Position numbers and translations under genes: made by a program
The notes under the pieces: model-generated
Seen by the model: the letters and a program-made list of their open reading frames with translations, nothing else
Databases searched by the model: none
Told to the model about the DNA's origin: nothing
Shown here: positions 61,561 to 64,000 of the stretch, piece by piece
Layout: every line of letters starts with the position of its first letter
Numbering within the stretch: position 1 is the stretch's first letter
Source of the DNA: an archaeon
GTDB lineage: Archaea; Nanobdellota; Nanobdellia; Pacearchaeales; GW2011-AR1
Assembly: GCA_018653485.1 (NCBI GenBank)
Contig: JABHZE010000006.1
Coordinates: 132,491 to 196,490, forward strand
DNA length: 64,000 bases
Direction of reading: 5' to 3'

Positions 61561-61635
61561 GAGCCTGTAGCTCAGCCAGGTTAGAGCACATCTCTGATAA
61601 GGATGGGGTCCCAAGTTCAAATCTTGGCAGGCTCA
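61561..61635 (+). tRNA. tRNA-Ile (anticodon GAT)
   Basis: Hand-folded: GAGCCTG-TA-GCTC-AGCCAGGTTA-GAGC-A-CATCT-CTGATAA-GGATG-GGGTC-CCAAG-TTCAAAT-CTTGG-CAGGCTC-A. Confidence 0.9.
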
Positions 61636-61691
61636 TATATAATATATTTAGCATAATAATTCTTAAATGAAAATAATCTTAGGGTTTATTT

Positions 61692-62444
61692 TTAATTTTT
61701 AGAATCTAATTCTAGAAAAATAACTTCATTGTTTAATGAATATTTTATTAAGGGTAAATTAAGATTTATTGCTTTGTAATAGACTGCTTTTTCTGCTATG
61801 GCTTTTACTTCAATTGAAGATTCTAGATTATTTATCATAATGTTTTCTAGGTTTTTTACTCCTGGAACTTCTAATTCATAGATTAATTTTCCGGATAATC
61901 TTTTGATTTTTGAGTTAGGTTCTATTCTTGGGAGTTTTGCAATTTGTTTTAATTTTTCTTTTGAAAATTCAGGCATTTGAATGGGTTGAGGTTGTTGTTG
62001 AGGTTGTTGTGTTTGAGGCATTTGTTGTTTGTTCATTGTAGGATTTACTTTTTTTCCATTAACAAAGAATTGAACATTAAGTTTATTTTTTGGATTTATT
62101 TTGTGATTAATTCTTTTTGGATTCTGAGAATGATTTATTTCTCTCATTTGTTTATCTAACATTTTTAATGTTGAGTGAAGTATTTTATCTAAGAAAGAAT
62201 CGTTTATTCCTGGAAATGAATTGAGTTCTTCAGGAGAGTCATTTCTTCCTAATAACCCATAATTTTGTCTATTATTTGAAATAAGATTATTTCCACAAGA
62301 AGGACAGAAATCATAGGATTTACTTATTTTACTATTACATTTGGAGCATTTTTTCTTAAACATAGGGAATTGAGCAGATATTGGTTTAAAAAAGTTTGGA
62401 TGGTGTTTGTAATTATTTAATCTATTATTAATTAACCCTTCCAC
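61692..62444 (-). CDS. Zinc-ribbon protein with Q/P-rich linker and C-terminal Hsp20/alpha-crystallin-like domain
   Basis: CSKCNSK...CPSCGN. QQPQQQPQPIQ linker. C-terminal LIYELEVPGVKNLENIMINNLESSIEVKA. Confidence 0.4.
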   Translation of the reverse strand: MEGLINNRLNNYKHHPNFFKPISAQFPMFKKKCSKCNSKISKSYDFCPSCGNNLISNNRQNYGLLGRNDSPEELNSFPGINDSFLDKILHSTLKMLDKQMREINHSQNPKRINHKINPKNKLNVQFFVNGKKVNPTMNKQQMPQTQQPQQQPQPIQMPEFSKEKLKQIAKLPRIEPNSKIKRLSGKLIYELEVPGVKNLENIMINNLESSIEVKAIAEKAVYYKAINLNLPLIKYSLNNEVIFLELDSKN

Positions 62445-62542
62445 CCTCCCTTAATTAATGGATTAAATAAGTCCTAGATAGATGTTCTTGATCTTAAAAC
62501 TCAAATTAGTTAAATTTTTAATACCTTATTTTATATAATATT

Positions 62543-63214
62543 ATGGAAAAATCAGGAAAAATTACTCGGGATGAGTTGATTAAAAAATATGGGATAGATG
62601 TGGCTCAGTTGGAACAAGAGCAGTTGAAATTAGCTAAAGAGCTTGTTATTAAAAATAAAATAGATTTTAAGTTAGCAGATAAGTTTGGAGGATTTGATAA
62701 TACTTTTATTGGGAATAAAATTTTGTCTTGTGTTATTGTTTGTGATAAGGATTTTGAGATTATTGATAGGGCTTATGCACTTGAAAAAATAAAGTTTCCT
62801 TATTTGCCTGAATTTAGAAATTATAGGGAATTAGAGGCAATGATGATTGCATTTGAGAAATTAACTGAAAGGCCTGATGTGGTTTTGATTCCTGGACAAG
62901 GAATTAGTCATTTAAGATTAGGTTTGGCTAGTCATTTTAGTTTAGCTACAGGAGTTCCTTCAATTGGTGTTGCTAATGTTGTTTTAGATTGTGAAATTAA
63001 AGGTGAAGGTATCCTTAAGGAAGGAAAGGAAATAGGAAATACTTTAGTTGAAAAAGAAGGGAGTAGGCCAATGTATGTTAGTCCTGGAAATTTAATTGAT
63101 GTTAAAACAGCGTATGAGGTTTCTAAGAGTTTGATAAAACCTCCTCATAAAAGACCTGAGCCATTACATTTGGTTGCGAAATATGCTAAGCAAGTAAGAA
63201 AAGAATTAGCTTAA
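62543..63214 (+). CDS. nfi: Endonuclease V
   Basis: GGFDNTF, KFPYLPEFRNYRELEAM, VVLIPGQGISHLRLGLASHFSLATGVPSIGVAN. Confidence 0.8.
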   Translation: MEKSGKITRDELIKKYGIDVAQLEQEQLKLAKELVIKNKIDFKLADKFGGFDNTFIGNKILSCVIVCDKDFEIIDRAYALEKIKFPYLPEFRNYRELEAMMIAFEKLTERPDVVLIPGQGISHLRLGLASHFSLATGVPSIGVANVVLDCEIKGEGILKEGKEIGNTLVEKEGSRPMYVSPGNLIDVKTAYEVSKSLIKPPHKRPEPLHLVAKYAKQVRKELA

Positions 63215-63486
63215 CTAATTGCCTTTATTTTTGGAGAAAGTAATATTATTCCTATGACTGCAATTAAACATATTGTAATTGTTAAAATCATATAAAGAAT
63301 TACATAAGATTGTTCAGAATATATTTCTCCTTGTTCAATTGTTTGGTTAGAATCATTTTGATCATTGATTGCAAATCCAGTTAGATTATTTTTTGAATTA
63401 GGTGTTATGAATAAGGTTAATAATGTAAAACATGAAATTAGAATTAAGAAAAAGATTAATGTAGATGTATTTATTTTTGTTGTCAT
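63211..63486 (-). CDS. Small membrane protein
   Basis: N- and C-terminal hydrophobic segments. No family recognised. Confidence 0.3.
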   Translation of the reverse strand: MTTKINTSTLIFFLILISCFTLLTLFITPNSKNNLTGFAINDQNDSNQTIEQGEIYSEQSYVILYMILTITICLIAVIGIILLSPKIKAIS

Positions 63487-63531
63487 GTTATTTTAATTAG
63501 GGGATTGATGTTTTTAAAATTGTCTAATTTT

Positions 63532-63951
63532 TTAATGATGTTTTGAAGAAGGAGCATATTGGGTAAGAATTATTCTATCTCCTACTTGTTGGTAAAATAT
63601 TCTTCCACCTTTATCAACTCTTATAGAATTAGGGGTATTTTGGTATCTTCCAGGTTTTTGATTTCCTAATTGGGTTCCTATTTTGTCAATAGCTCTTTGT
63701 AGTATTTTTTTATTTATACCTTTTGTAGCTTTTTGAAATTGTCTTGTTTTTTCTATATTTTCAATAGACACGGTTCCTTCTAAATTTGTTGAAAATAATA
63801 TCACTCCGATTATTAATGTTATTAATCCGATAATTGGAGTTATGTTGGATATAGAATCTATTCCAATAACTGCGCCAGTTATTGGTAATGGTTTTATGGT
63901 TACTAAGAAAATTCCAATAACTATTAAAATAAGTCCTAGTGTTTTTTTCAT
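63532..63951 (-). CDS. Two-TM protein with C-terminal RelE/ParE-like domain
   Basis: N-terminal TMs. C-terminal FQKATKGINKKILQRAIDKI...SIRVDKGGRIFYQQVGDRIILTQY resembles the RelE pattern. Confidence 0.35.
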   Translation of the reverse strand: MKKTLGLILIVIGIFLVTIKPLPITGAVIGIDSISNITPIIGLITLIIGVILFSTNLEGTVSIENIEKTRQFQKATKGINKKILQRAIDKIGTQLGNQKPGRYQNTPNSIRVDKGGRIFYQQVGDRIILTQYAPSSKHH

Positions 63952-64000
63952 AATTCTTATTAGGTTTTATAGTTTTTAAAATTGTTGATATAGTTAGATT

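Overview
Visibly AT-rich, gene-dense archaeal chromosome segment. The archaeal information-processing set is present: TBP, TFE, MCM, aIF1A, aIF2-beta, L15e, ATP-dependent DNA ligase, GatDE, NreA, EndoV and FtsZ. The K/I/N-rich proteome, many orphan ORFs, giant beta-helix surface proteins and bacterial-type LeuRS/AlaRS suggest a small-genome DPANN-like archaeon; this is an inference with no database check. I found no rRNA, CRISPR array, reverse transcriptase, transposase or prophage. Three tRNAs are present: Arg-TCG, Asn-GTT and Ile-GAT. Main points: (1) The mcm gene carries two LAGLIDADG inteins, and a free-standing LAGLIDADG gene abuts tRNA-Ile. (2) Nearly all of the indirect Asn/Gln-tRNA pathway (gatB, gatD, gatE, aspS, gatC-like, gatA) lies within about 15 kb, interleaved with orphan genes. 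One unknown ORF is start/stop-coupled between gatC and gatA and begins with a G8 tract inside a G-tract cluster. (3) There are two nucleotidyltransferase-based gene pairs (AbiEii-like plus MNT-like, and NTase-like plus a 303-aa orphan) without canonical partners. (4) There are three RelE/ParE toxin-antitoxin pairs plus a membrane-tethered RelE-like domain. (5) Two families of conserved non-coding elements occur: a three-copy long hairpin, and a ~75-bp direct repeat with a compensatory stem change that brackets a toxin-antitoxin cassette. (6) Two tandem giant sequon-dense beta-helix surface proteins are built from a four-fold repeated module. All functional calls come from motif recognition by eye; no searches or folding computations were run.
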